Positions 1 through 9,526 of a stretch of 58,625 bases of DNA are shown here, one piece after another. Source of the stretch: Chloroflexota bacterium. Its GTDB lineage: Bacteria > Chloroflexota > Anaerolineae > B4-G1 > SLSP01. Position 1 is the first letter of the stretch; each line of letters starts with the position of its first letter. The notes beneath the pieces were generated by a model. That model saw only the letters and a list, made by a program, of their open reading frames with translations. It was not told where the DNA came from and searched no databases. The stretch is taken from positions 1 through 58,625 of the forward strand of contig JAYELZ010000034.1 of NCBI GenBank assembly GCA_034717835.1, written 5' to 3'. Position numbers and translations under genes: made by a program.

Positions 1-40
1 TGAGCTGCGTATAAGTACTCATAGGTGCTCCTTATGACTG

Positions 41-2395
41 GTGGTCAGCAAGGCTCACCTTGATTTTAACGCAGCTTACCTTTCTTTCCAAACGGTCATC
101 TTATGCACTTACGAGTTGAATCCAAGAATAAAAGCGATAGGCAAGTTCGATCGTCCTTTTAGGGCAGTTAATATTGAGAAATTCAACATAATTTACGCTG
201 ACAATGGACGAGGCAAGAGTATGCTTGCCGCGATCTTACGTTCACTTAGTACTGGTGAGCCTCGTATCATTATGGAGCGTCATACTTTAGGGAGCACTAA
301 TGTACCAGAAGTATCTCTGCTAATTGACAATCATTCACGAGCGGAGTTCCAGAATCAAAAGTGGAGCATGACTTTGCCAGAGGTAGAAGTGTTTGATGCG
401 GCCTTCGTGTCAAGTAACGTCTACTCTGGAGACTCGGTTGAACTTGATCACAGAAGGAATCTTTATCGTTTTGTGTTGGGGTCTCAGGGAGTAGCCTTGG
501 CAAGCCAGGTGGATGAACTTGATAAGGATAGTCGAGCTAAACAGAAGAAAATTCGAGAACGTGAAACCGAGATCCGGCGGCACATTGTTGGAGGTATGAG
601 CGTTTCCAAGTTCTTAAAACTTCAGCCAGTATCTGATACTGAACTTGAGAAAAAACGTGCTGAGATTGATGCACTTGAAGAATCTGAAAATATTGTTTCC
701 AAATCTCATCTCAGTCCATCAACACTCCCAAAAGTTTCTCTAGAAACCTTGAAAAAGTTGTTAGCAAAGTCACTACCAGATATTTCAAAAGAGGCTGAAC
801 GCATTACTCTTGAGCATATTGCTGACTACTTGGATGAAGAGGGGCAGAGTTGGCTGGAGACGGGGTTTTCCTACACCAAGAGCGACATTTGCCCGTTCTG
901 TGGAGCTTCTATTCTAGGAAACAACCTCATTCAAGCGTATAGGTCGTACTTTGATGAAGCCTATGCCGCTTTTAAACTTGAGATTTCAGAGTTCACAAGC
1001 TCAGTAATGGATACGCTATCCGAGAAACAAATTTTGCATACTCAGAGCGTCATCACTTCGAATAATACATTAGCAGAATTCTGGTCAGATTATGTACCCA
1101 CTACGTATCCTGCTATTACATTCGAGAAAATAGCCAAAATTTGGAAATCTGTTCGTCTTCTATTAGTTGCTGATTTGAATCGGAAGAAAGCATCTCCGTT
1201 GGAGAAATTGGAACCATCACAAGCATTGATTGAAATGCTAGACGCATATCAAACACTTCAAACGGACATGGAAGCCTATAATGTTGCAGTAGATGCCGTC
1301 AACGTTCTTATAGCTGCTAAGAAAAACGAGGTTAGCACTGGTGATTTATCTCGCGCCCGCACTGAATTACGGGTATTGGAATGTCGTAAAACACGTTTCC
1401 GGGATAGCATTGTAGATCTTTGTGAAGTATACGAGACCCTAAAGAAAGAAAAACGAGAATTGGATAAGCAAAAAAAGGAAGCCAAGAAAAGATTAGACAA
1501 GGCGGCAAACAATCTCCTGAGAAAATATCAGAAAGCTATCAACCGTTATTTGATGCAATGCGGTGCGGGTTTCAAGATCGCGGATACAAAAACAACCTAC
1601 TTGGGAGGGAAACCCAGTGCTGGCTATTGTCTGGAAATCAACGCAAAACGAGTTGAGCTTGGCACTTCAGAAGTTAATGCTTGCTTCAGAAATACTCTGA
1701 GTGAGGGTGATAAGAGCACTTTGGCTTTTGCCTTTTTTCTCGCCAGGTTGGATCAAGACCCCGACCTTTCCGCAAAGATTGTTGTCTTTGATGACCCGGT
1801 TTCCAGCCTGGACGCGAATAGACGTCAATTCACACGAGATCAAATAGTTCGGATTAGTAAGACCGCTCAACAAGTGATCGTGTTGACCCACGATTTATAC
1901 CTGGCTCGTAAGGTTTGGGATGGAATAAGAACTAAGAACAAAAATGCCCTTCAGATCAAACGTGCGGGAGAGCAATATAGCGTTATAACTGCTTGGGATC
2001 TGGAAAGCGCGACACGAGGTGAGTATTACAGGAACTACAATGTTCTAGCGGACTATTTAGAGAACAGCTATCGAGATGATGACCATCTTCGGGCTGTTGC
2101 CAGATGCATCAGGCCGCTTTTGGAAGGTAATTTGCGAATGCGATTTCCCCAGGCATTCAAAGAAAACGAATGGCTGGGGGATTTTCTGACAAAGATACGA
2201 GAAGCTCAAGATGGTGATCCATTATTTTGTCTACAACCTCAGTATGAGGAAATATCCAATATAAATGATTACTCAAAGAACTATCATCACGATCAAAATA
2301 GCGGTGCTAGTAATGAACCCATCTGTGACTCTCAGTTGTCCCCCTATGTTCGGCGCACATTGAAAGTTATTGGGGGCATTTTGAGCAGCGTGTGA
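41..2395 (+). CDS. RloC-like AAA/ABC (SMC/Rad50-type) ATPase with zinc hook and possible C-terminal HEPN-like nuclease; putative defence protein
   Basis: Walker A variant YADNGRGKS, central CPFC hook inside coiled coil, ABC signature LSEGDK, Walker B VVFDDPVSSLD, H-loop LTHD, C-terminal RCIRPLLE...SKNYHH. AT-richer than the rest of the window. Start uncertain (TTG at 116 is plausible). Confidence 0.75.
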   Translation: MVSKAHLDFNAAYLSFQTVILCTYELNPRIKAIGKFDRPFRAVNIEKFNIIYADNGRGKSMLAAILRSLSTGEPRIIMERHTLGSTNVPEVSLLIDNHSRAEFQNQKWSMTLPEVEVFDAAFVSSNVYSGDSVELDHRRNLYRFVLGSQGVALASQVDELDKDSRAKQKKIRERETEIRRHIVGGMSVSKFLKLQPVSDTELEKKRAEIDALEESENIVSKSHLSPSTLPKVSLETLKKLLAKSLPDISKEAERITLEHIADYLDEEGQSWLETGFSYTKSDICPFCGASILGNNLIQAYRSYFDEAYAAFKLEISEFTSSVMDTLSEKQILHTQSVITSNNTLAEFWSDYVPTTYPAITFEKIAKIWKSVRLLLVADLNRKKASPLEKLEPSQALIEMLDAYQTLQTDMEAYNVAVDAVNVLIAAKKNEVSTGDLSRARTELRVLECRKTRFRDSIVDLCEVYETLKKEKRELDKQKKEAKKRLDKAANNLLRKYQKAINRYLMQCGAGFKIADTKTTYLGGKPSAGYCLEINAKRVELGTSEVNACFRNTLSEGDKSTLAFAFFLARLDQDPDLSAKIVVFDDPVSSLDANRRQFTRDQIVRISKTAQQVIVLTHDLYLARKVWDGIRTKNKNALQIKRAGEQYSVITAWDLESATRGEYYRNYNVLADYLENSYRDDDHLRAVARCIRPLLEGNLRMRFPQAFKENEWLGDFLTKIREAQDGDPLFCLQPQYEEISNINDYSKNYHHDQNSGASNEPICDSQLSPYVRRTLKVIGGILSSV

Positions 2396-2425
2396 GTCAA
2401 AAAGTGTTCCATATTACTATGGCGC

Positions 2426-2554
2426 GGCTAACACGGATTGGAGCCGACCGGGCTAATCTTGGCGCTTTTCGATTGCTCGATGCACTTTGGAATTGCCTGG
2501 TTGGTGAAGGCTCTTTCTCGCAACCGCCCGGCGGTTCAATCTTGACCGTTGCCC
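2426..2554 (+). mobile_element. Integron attC-like recombination site
   Basis: Inverse core GGCTAAC (2426-2432) 30 bp after the stop codon. Arms TTGGAGCCGACCGGGC / GCCCGGCGGTTCAA pair with extra unpaired bases. Ends in GTT (2548-2550). Confidence 0.7.
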
Positions 2555-2583
2555 ACCCCCTCACCCGTGTTCAGCGTCACGTC

Positions 2584-2670
2584 ATGGCCCGACGAAGATC
2601 AACCAAAACCAAACGCCCGATTGAATCCTACCAATACACCGGCAAGGAGCGGGTCAACAACCCGCCCGCC
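2584..2670 (+). pseudogene. N-terminal remnant resembling a site-specific DNA methyltransferase (type III Mod-like)
   Basis: MARRRSTKTKRPIESYQYTGKERVNNPP resembles, from memory, the basic N-terminus with the R-x-NNPP motif of that family. The reading degenerates immediately afterwards. Confidence 0.4.
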
Positions 2671-2770
2671 GCCCCAAATCACGGCGATAAATCGCCTACT
2701 ACAAGCCCGGGTTATTTTCGAAGCAGTCGCTGAACCGCACCCAATCAACAATCACTAACTCCCCACGCAC

Positions 2771-2800
2771 AACGCCCCCAGGTAAATGCCTGGGGGCGTT
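2771..2800. terminator. GC-rich hairpin between convergent units
   Basis: AACGCCCCCAGG-taaatg-CCTGGGGGCGTT, perfect 12-bp stem. Confidence 0.6.
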
Positions 2801-2852
2801 CGGTGTCTCACAATCTACGCGATCTTCTCCACTCTAGCTGTGGCCGGTCTCA

Positions 2853-3161
2853 TTATCTTATGACTGACACACCAGCCGTAACCGCTACAGGCACAAAGAC
2901 CTGGGGAGGACGTATTTTCAGATCAACCGGTCGCCGGGTATGCATGCGCGCGATGATCAGCGGCTTATCAGAGTCGCCTTGTTGGCTCAGCAATTCCAGG
3001 TTACGTTGTCCCAGTTCAGGGTCGTCGTCGGGCAGGATGACCAGCCGAAAGTTATCGGGGAGCCGCTCCAAGATGCCAGGATGGCTCAAGATATATTGCA
3101 TAAAAACTGTCTGCAGTTCCAGATTATGCTCGAACATTTCATCGTTAGTCATTTTATCCAT
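2853..3161 (-). CDS. DUF5647-like small protein (putative TA-associated)
   Basis: NLEL...FMQYILSHPGILERLPDNFRLVILPDDDPEL..RNL pattern. An alternative start at 3152 overlaps an upstream stop (ATGA). Confidence 0.6.
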   Translation of the reverse strand: MDKMTNDEMFEHNLELQTVFMQYILSHPGILERLPDNFRLVILPDDDPELGQRNLELLSQQGDSDKPLIIARMHTRRPVDLKIRPPQVFVPVAVTAGVSVIR

Positions 3162-3264
3162 CTCTTGTACCGCTCCAGATAGTAGCGCCAGTGCGCTTTG
3201 ATGTCACATTGGGCGTATCGGTTTGCCCCTCCACGAGGATGTTGACGCGCACGAGGGAACTCAT
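3154..3264 (-). pseudogene. Truncated DUF4276-like gene fused by deletion to the 3' end of another small gene
   Basis: MSSLVRVNILVEGQT (TOPRIM-like VEGQT start) is coupled by ATGA to the ATPase and stops after 36 aa. Another frame reads YAQCDIKAHWRYYLERYKRWIK*. Confidence 0.6.
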
Positions 3265-4352
3265 CGTGTGGGCCTCCCGCCCAGCACATTTTTCTCCCAC
3301 AACTCACCTAGGGCATAGTCCTCAAGCCACTCGGACAAGCGAGCGGGGTCTACGCGCTCAATGACCGTCGCGCGATCTCGATTTTCGACGATCAGCAAAT
3401 CCTCCGGCTCGAATTGATTGACCAGAGTCACGGATTGGGTCGAGACAATGAGTTGCTTCTTCGCTGCGGCACTGCGCATCAAAGAAGCCAACACACCGAT
3501 CGCATAAGGGTGCAGTCCCAGTTCCGGCTCATCAATCAGAATCGTGGCAGGTAAGCGCGGCTGAAGCAGCAACGTCGCCAGACAAATGAAACGCAGGGTG
3601 CCGTCTGAGAGGTGATGCGCCATGAAAGGATAGTCCGAACCCGGTTCGCGCCACTCCAGGCGAATTTTGTTCTCGTTCTCCGGTAGAGGACGCAGGATGA
3701 AATCATCGAAAAAGGGTGCGACTAAACGGACGGTATCTCTAATTGCCTCGTAATGTGAGCGCTGAGATTGCTGAAGGCGATAGAGAAATGCGGCCAAGTT
3801 ACCGGCGTTTGGGCGGAGGTAGCGGTTATCGTTGATGTCGCCAATCTTTTTCAGCGGTGCGCTGTCGCTGGTGTCGTGGAAGTGATAGACCCGCCAGCTC
3901 TTCAAGCCGTCAAGAACGTAATAAAAAGGTCTCCAGCGTTTCTCCTGTACCGCTTGGGGTAAGTTGCTCTCCAGCTGCCCTGACCCCAAAGACCGTTCTG
4001 CTTGAGAGGCATAATCGCCATAAAAGATGCAGTTTTCCTCGGCAAAGAACAGCCGGTCATCTACCGTGGGCATCCAAACGCAGGCATAAGCATTTTTGCC
4101 AAAGGTCAATTTTACCGTGATTTTAGCGGTGGTCTTTTGCCCAAAGTACAAGAAGGTATCGGCCCCGCCGTGTTGCCGGACAAAAGTTTGGAAATTCCCC
4201 ATCACCATTTGATTGAGCAGCTGGAAGAGGGCGATAAGGTTGCTCTTCCCGGCGCCATTGGCCCCGATCATCACATTCAAGGGGCGTAGTGCTAACTTCT
4301 GCAACTCTCGAATGGATTTGAAGCCGCTTACCTCAATGCTATCTAAACGCAT
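3261..4352 (-). CDS. AAA family ABC-type ATPase (COG4637/AAA_21-like)
   Basis: GFKSI, GANGAGKSN, LSDGTLR, ILIDEPELGLHP, STQS, C-terminal LGELWEKNVLGGRP. Confidence 0.85.
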   Translation of the reverse strand: MRLDSIEVSGFKSIRELQKLALRPLNVMIGANGAGKSNLIALFQLLNQMVMGNFQTFVRQHGGADTFLYFGQKTTAKITVKLTFGKNAYACVWMPTVDDRLFFAEENCIFYGDYASQAERSLGSGQLESNLPQAVQEKRWRPFYYVLDGLKSWRVYHFHDTSDSAPLKKIGDINDNRYLRPNAGNLAAFLYRLQQSQRSHYEAIRDTVRLVAPFFDDFILRPLPENENKIRLEWREPGSDYPFMAHHLSDGTLRFICLATLLLQPRLPATILIDEPELGLHPYAIGVLASLMRSAAAKKQLIVSTQSVTLVNQFEPEDLLIVENRDRATVIERVDPARLSEWLEDYALGELWEKNVLGGRPTR

Positions 4353-4401
4353 GATTTATCCCTCCCAGACAACACTATACTTCACTGCTCTGAAAAAGTA
4401 A

Positions 4402-4439
4402 AGCCCCTCTCGAAGATTCAAAAAACCTCGAGAGGGGCT
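4402..4439 (-). terminator. Intrinsic terminator of the FDH operon
   Basis: AGCCCCTCTCGA...TCGAGAGGGGCT stem, followed by a T-rich tract on the minus strand. Confidence 0.6.
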
Positions 4440-4468
4440 AGCTGTGGCCGGTCTCTGACCGAGCCACC
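4438..4468. repeat. REP-like palindrome family A (GTGGCCGGTCTC[C]TGACCG.GCCAC)
   Basis: Related copies at 2834-2851 (partial), 21273-21301, 35636-35658, 35684-35713 (inverted) and 58541-58565 (inverted). Confidence 0.8.
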
Positions 4469-4481
4469 TCTGGAAATTACC

Positions 4482-7205
4482 TTACGCGATCTTCTCTACT
4501 TTGACCGCGCTGACCTTATACTCTGGAATCTTCGCCACGGGATCCAGGAAAGCCCCTGTCAGCCAGTTAGCATTCCCCGCCGGGAAATGGAACGTACTGA
4601 AGACTAACCCCGGGGCGACCCGATCGGTCAACCACGCGCGGGCCACCAGCTCGCCACGGCGTGACGCCAGTTTGATCTGGTCCCCGTCCACAATCCCCAG
4701 TCGATCCGCGTCGTCAGGATTGATCTCGACCAGCGGTTCGGGGTAGAGCGCCAGCAGGCTCTCGGAACGACGCGTCTGCTCGCCGCCGTGCCAGTGATAG
4801 AGCACGCGCCCCGTCGTCATGGTGAAGGGGTACTCGGCGTCGGGAGCCTCACGCGGCTCAAGGTGCTCGTTGGCGGTGAAAAGCCCCAGCCCACGGGCGA
4901 ACTTCCCAACGTGCAGGATGGGAGTGCCGGGATGCTCGTCCCCGCGCACGGGCCAGGCGAGCTGCGCGCCCGCGTCCAGCCGCCAGTAGTGGACGCCGCT
5001 GTAGATGGGGGTGCAGGCCGCGATCTCGTCCATCACGTCGGCGGGCGAAGCGTAGTGCATGGGGTAGCCCATGCGGGTACCGACTTCGCAGATGATCTGC
5101 CAGTCGGGGCGCGACTCGCCGGGAGCTTGTACGGCCTTGCGCACGCGCTGAATGCGGCGCTCGGTACTGGTGAAGGTGCCCTCCTTCTCGGCGAAACAGG
5201 TGCTGGGCAGGATCACGGTGGCGTATTGAGCCGTCTCGGTCATGAAAATGTCCTGCACGACCAAGAAGTCTAAAGTTTCCAGGGCTACCTTGACGTGGTT
5301 GAGATCAGGATCGGAGGTCATGGGGTTCTCGGCAAAGACGTAGAGTGCTTTGAGGTCGCCATCATGAGCGGCGTTCATTAGCTCCACGACGGTGAGGCCG
5401 ACTTTGTCGGATAGCCCCTCTACGCCCCAGAAAGCCTCGAACTTCTCCTTCATCGCCGGGTCAACCACTTTCTGGTAGCCGGGGTAGACGTTGGAGAGCG
5501 TGCCTAAGTCACACGCGCCCTGCACGTTGTTCTGGCCGCGCAACGGATTCACGCCGCCGCCACGCACGCCCAAGTTACCCAGGAGCATCTGCAGGTTCGC
5601 TAACGACATCACGTTCATCGTGCCGGTGGTGTGCTGGGTGATGCCCATTGACCAGAAGACCGCGCTGGGCTTGTTCTCGTGGAGCAGGCGCGCCGCTTCT
5701 TTGATCTTCGCGGCGGGCACCGTGGTGATCTCCTCGGTGAGCTCCAGCGTGTATTTCATCACCACTTCTTTGCACGCCTCGAAATTCTCGGTGCGCTCGG
5801 CGATGTATTCCTTGTCTTCCCAGCCGTTGACGATGATCTCGCGCATGATGCCGTTGAAGAGCGCGACGTCGGTGCCGGGGCGCTGTTGCAGGTGCAACAC
5901 GGCCAGCTTGCACAGGTCAATTTTGCGCGGATCGGCGACGATGAGTTTGACGCCTTTCTCGCGGATGGCCTTGCGCATCTTGATGCCGATGACGGGGTGC
6001 TGCTCGGTGGTGTTGGAGCCGGTGACGAAGTAGAGTTTGGCGTCTCCGGTGGAGTCCTCGATGGAGTTGGTCATCGCGCCGCTGCCCAACGTGCTGGCCA
6101 GACCGGCGACGGTGGAGGAGTGGCAGAGGCGGGCGCAGTGATCCACGTTATTGGTCTTGCCGACCGCGCGGGCTAGCTTCTGCATCAGGTAGTTCTCCTC
6201 GTTAGTACACTTGGCGGAGGAGAGGTAGCCGACACTGTCGGGGCCGCTGTGATCGCGGTGGTAGGTCAGCTTCTGGGCGACGAGGTCTAACGCCTCATCC
6301 CAGGTCGCTTCGCGGAAGCCGGGATATTTGCTGCCGCCATTCGCGTCGCGGATGAGGGGGACGGTCAGCCGTTCGTCGCTGTGGACGAAGTCCCAACCGT
6401 AGCGCCCCTTGACGCACAGCGCCATACCGTTCGCCGGCGCTTCAGGCGTGGAGGTGACGCGGGTGATCTTGCCGTCCTTCACGTTGAGGTCAAACTGGCA
6501 ACCCACGCCGCAGTAGGTGCAGGTGGTGCGAACCTTCGTCTGGTAAGTAGCGCGTCCCCAGCCCTGGGAGGGCTTGTCGAAGAGCGCGCCCACCGGGCAG
6601 TAGGCCACACAGTTGCCGCAGGATTCACAGTCTGCGTCTAGCATTGGTTGATTGGCGCCGGCCACGACCAATGTATCGAAGCCGCGCTCGGAGAAGTTCC
6701 AGACGTCACGTCCCTGGATCTCGGCGCAGGCGCGCACACAGCGCCCGCAGAGGATACATTTATTCATATCCACCAGGACGACGGGGTTGGGGTCGGAATC
6801 AACGGGGCGCGAGTGGCGTGCCCCACTGTGCTCCGGCCACTGCACGTCGTATTCGTAGACCCAGCGTTGCAGCTCGCAGTCACCGTCCATTTCGCAGGTC
6901 ATGCACTCGTTGGGATGGTCGGTCAGCAGCATAGAGAGTGTGAAGCGGCGCGAATCTACCACTTTATCTGTCTGCGTATGCACCACCATGCCTTCGGTAG
7001 CCGGTAACGTACACGATGTCTCCAGGTTACGCATCCCCTCAACCTCCACCACACATAAGCGGCAGGCCCCCGTCGGTGTAAGGTCAGGATGATGACAGAG
7101 CGTTGGAATTGTGATGCCTAGTTGTTGGCTAGCTTCTAAAACTGTGGAATTTGCTGGAACGGTTACCTCTTGGCCATCAATAGTCAGGTGAACCATTTTC
7201 GTCAT
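4482..7205 (-). CDS. fdhF: Formate dehydrogenase alpha subunit (Mo/W-bisPGD, Cys ligand) with N-terminal 2Fe-2S and 4Fe-4S domains
   Basis: PTLCHHP..GACRLCVVE, HPNECMTC, CILCGRCVRAC, CTYCGVGC..LCVKG, active site DHCARLCHSSTV, LRGQNNVQG, C-terminal molydopterin-binding domain with KIPEYK. Confidence 0.93.
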   Translation of the reverse strand: MTKMVHLTIDGQEVTVPANSTVLEASQQLGITIPTLCHHPDLTPTGACRLCVVEVEGMRNLETSCTLPATEGMVVHTQTDKVVDSRRFTLSMLLTDHPNECMTCEMDGDCELQRWVYEYDVQWPEHSGARHSRPVDSDPNPVVLVDMNKCILCGRCVRACAEIQGRDVWNFSERGFDTLVVAGANQPMLDADCESCGNCVAYCPVGALFDKPSQGWGRATYQTKVRTTCTYCGVGCQFDLNVKDGKITRVTSTPEAPANGMALCVKGRYGWDFVHSDERLTVPLIRDANGGSKYPGFREATWDEALDLVAQKLTYHRDHSGPDSVGYLSSAKCTNEENYLMQKLARAVGKTNNVDHCARLCHSSTVAGLASTLGSGAMTNSIEDSTGDAKLYFVTGSNTTEQHPVIGIKMRKAIREKGVKLIVADPRKIDLCKLAVLHLQQRPGTDVALFNGIMREIIVNGWEDKEYIAERTENFEACKEVVMKYTLELTEEITTVPAAKIKEAARLLHENKPSAVFWSMGITQHTTGTMNVMSLANLQMLLGNLGVRGGGVNPLRGQNNVQGACDLGTLSNVYPGYQKVVDPAMKEKFEAFWGVEGLSDKVGLTVVELMNAAHDGDLKALYVFAENPMTSDPDLNHVKVALETLDFLVVQDIFMTETAQYATVILPSTCFAEKEGTFTSTERRIQRVRKAVQAPGESRPDWQIICEVGTRMGYPMHYASPADVMDEIAACTPIYSGVHYWRLDAGAQLAWPVRGDEHPGTPILHVGKFARGLGLFTANEHLEPREAPDAEYPFTMTTGRVLYHWHGGEQTRRSESLLALYPEPLVEINPDDADRLGIVDGDQIKLASRRGELVARAWLTDRVAPGLVFSTFHFPAGNANWLTGAFLDPVAKIPEYKVSAVKVEKIA

Positions 7206-7287
7206 AAGAACCTCCTTACAGCTGCAAAATTTGTTTTTATCAAAGTTTAAAATAACGGATTAACAACCAATGCCAGACTTTTCAAAA

Positions 7288-8946
7288 TCACAGATAATTA
7301 TGCTGGATAGTTTCGGGTGCTGGTTGGTTGACTTTATCCAGAGGACAGACCTCGGCCGGGCAATGACCGGCCAAGTGAGCTTCAAATTCTTCACGGAAGT
7401 AGCGTAACCCGGTGATGATGGGGACTGCCGCTGCCTGACCAAGACCACAGAAGGAAAGTTCCTGAACCTGCGTGGCAATTTCTTCCAACGCCAACAGCTC
7501 CTCCGTCGAGCTCTGCCCGTGACGCATCCGCGCCAGTATCTCCAACATGCGGGTAGTGCCGATACGACAGGGGGTACATTTGCCGCAGGATTCGGCTTGG
7601 AAGAAGCGCATCAGCACGTAAGCCAGATCCACGATGCAGGTATCTTCTGCACATATGAGCAGCGCGCCGCTGCCCAGCGACGCCCCCTGCTCCTGCATTG
7701 ACTTGTAATCCAGCGGTACGTCCAACATCTCCGGGGGGATGAAACTGCCCGAAGCGCCGCCCGTCTGGGCGCATTTGAACGTTTTGCCAGCTTTCATGCC
7801 CCCGCTGTAAATATCCAGCACCTCTCGCAGCGTGATCCCCATCGGGACCTCAATCAGCCCGGTGATGTTGACATCACCTAACATGGTGTAGACCTTGGCG
7901 CCGGGGCAATGCTCGGTTCCGATGGAGCGGAACCATTCCACCCCGTTATGGATAATGGGGGGGATATTGGCGAGCGTCTCCACATTGTTGACCACGGTAG
8001 GTTTATCACGGAACCCGGCCACGGTGGGATAAGGCGGGCGGATACGCGGGATGCCTCGTTTGCCCTCCAAGCTTTCCAGCAGAGCGGTCTCTTCGCCGCA
8101 GATGTAAGCGCCGGCGCCAGCGTGGAGGTGGATGTGGAAGGAGAAGTCACTCTCCATGATATTATCACCCAGCAAACCGTACTCTTCTGCCTGCTGGATA
8201 GCCAGTTCCAGCCGCTCTCGGGCTTGACCGTACTCGCCACGGATGTAAATCCAGCCCTGGTCAGCGCCGACGGCATAGCCGGCAATTGCCATCGCTTCCA
8301 ACACCACGTGCGGGTCGCCCTCCAAGATCAGGCGATCTTTGAAGGTACCCGGCTCGGATTCGTCGGCATTGCAGACGATGAATTTCTGAGCTGACTGCTG
8401 ACTTTCTACGAAAGACCACTTTAGCCCCGTGGGGAAGCCCGCGCCGCCGCGTCCTTGCAAACCGGATTCTTTGATCGTCTCCACCACCGCGTGCGGGGAG
8501 AAGTCACTGAGCACGGCGCCCAGCGCGAAATAACCATCCTCGGCAATGTACTCTTCGATATCGGTGGGATCAATGCTGCCGGCACGTTGCAAGACCACGC
8601 GCTTCTGCGCGTAAGTGATCCCAGTACGGCCGGGTAGATGTGCGATCTCGCCGCTCAACATCTCTGGTGGGGCCAGTAGCTGTTCGACTACGCGGCCCTT
8701 GTAGAGCTGCTCCTCCACGATGTAGGCCGCATCTGCCGGCGTGACCGGGCCGTAGCGGGTCCCTTCTGGGTAGATGATCACCAACGGCAACGCATCGGTG
8801 CGATCCGCTGGGCCCATGTACGCGACCTGGACTTCATCCAGCAGCCCGTAGCGGGATAGTTCCGCTTCAAAGGCCAGTTTCGTTTCTTCAGCGCCACGCG
8901 AAAGACTGAGAGAATCGCTAGAAATCAGTATGCGTGCGCGAATCAT
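7288..8946 (-). CDS. NuoF/HydB-like FMN- and NADH-binding subunit, short form without C-terminal ferredoxin domain
   Basis: GRGGAGFPTGLKW, CNADESEPGTFKDR, GAGAYICGEET, ESCGKCTPCRIG, CGLG. Confidence 0.9.
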   Translation of the reverse strand: MIRARILISSDSLSLSRGAEETKLAFEAELSRYGLLDEVQVAYMGPADRTDALPLVIIYPEGTRYGPVTPADAAYIVEEQLYKGRVVEQLLAPPEMLSGEIAHLPGRTGITYAQKRVVLQRAGSIDPTDIEEYIAEDGYFALGAVLSDFSPHAVVETIKESGLQGRGGAGFPTGLKWSFVESQQSAQKFIVCNADESEPGTFKDRLILEGDPHVVLEAMAIAGYAVGADQGWIYIRGEYGQARERLELAIQQAEEYGLLGDNIMESDFSFHIHLHAGAGAYICGEETALLESLEGKRGIPRIRPPYPTVAGFRDKPTVVNNVETLANIPPIIHNGVEWFRSIGTEHCPGAKVYTMLGDVNITGLIEVPMGITLREVLDIYSGGMKAGKTFKCAQTGGASGSFIPPEMLDVPLDYKSMQEQGASLGSGALLICAEDTCIVDLAYVLMRFFQAESCGKCTPCRIGTTRMLEILARMRHGQSSTEELLALEEIATQVQELSFCGLGQAAAVPIITGLRYFREEFEAHLAGHCPAEVCPLDKVNQPAPETIQHNYL

Positions 8947-9416
8947 GCTTCACCTCCTGTGCGATAGCGATTCAGAATAGACTTGACCTTTGCGGGGGTG
9001 AGATTGCCATAGGCTTCCTCATCCACCAACATCACCGGCCCTACGGCACAGAGACCCAGACAACTGGTCGGTAATAAAGTCCAGTTGCCATCTGCGGTAG
9101 TCTCCCCAAATTGGATGCCCAACTCACGCTCCAACGTTTCCCAGATCTCGCGGCCCCCTGCCACGTGACAGGGTGCATCTTGACAGAGCTTGATCACGTG
9201 CTCGCCCAGCTGCTCCACGTTGATCATGCTGTAGAAACTGGCGACGCTATGAACTTCGCTGGGGGGCAGCTGGAGCCGCGCAGCCACGGCTTCCATAGCC
9301 TCCGTCGTGAGATACCCGCTTTGTTGGCTCAGCTCACGCAGGATCTCGACCAACGCTTCACGGCTTGTTCCGTGGTGACCGATTACTTCATCAATCAAAG
9401 TCAAATTTGTTTCCAT
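8943..9416 (-). CDS. NuoE/HydC-like 2Fe-2S subunit
   Basis: VASFYS, LCQDAPCH, SCLGLCAVGP. Confidence 0.9.
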   Translation of the reverse strand: METNLTLIDEVIGHHGTSREALVEILRELSQQSGYLTTEAMEAVAARLQLPPSEVHSVASFYSMINVEQLGEHVIKLCQDAPCHVAGGREIWETLERELGIQFGETTADGNWTLLPTSCLGLCAVGPVMLVDEEAYGNLTPAKVKSILNRYRTGGEA

Positions 9417-9526
9417 ATTTACCTCTTTTGGCAGTCTAGTAGTCAGGTAATTTCCAATCTCAATTATCCGGCCAAGTGACTAAGCGATCAAGCGACTAAG
9501 GACTAAGCGACTACCCGACTAATTGA

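Noticed and set aside
115-121. GTTGAAT as the cassette's left core site
   Set aside because: It matches GTTRRRY but does not complement the inverse core GGCTAAC, and a 7-mer this degenerate is expected by chance
4482-7205. Selenocysteine in FDH
   Set aside because: The active site reads CARLCH with Cys and the ORF has no in-frame TGA
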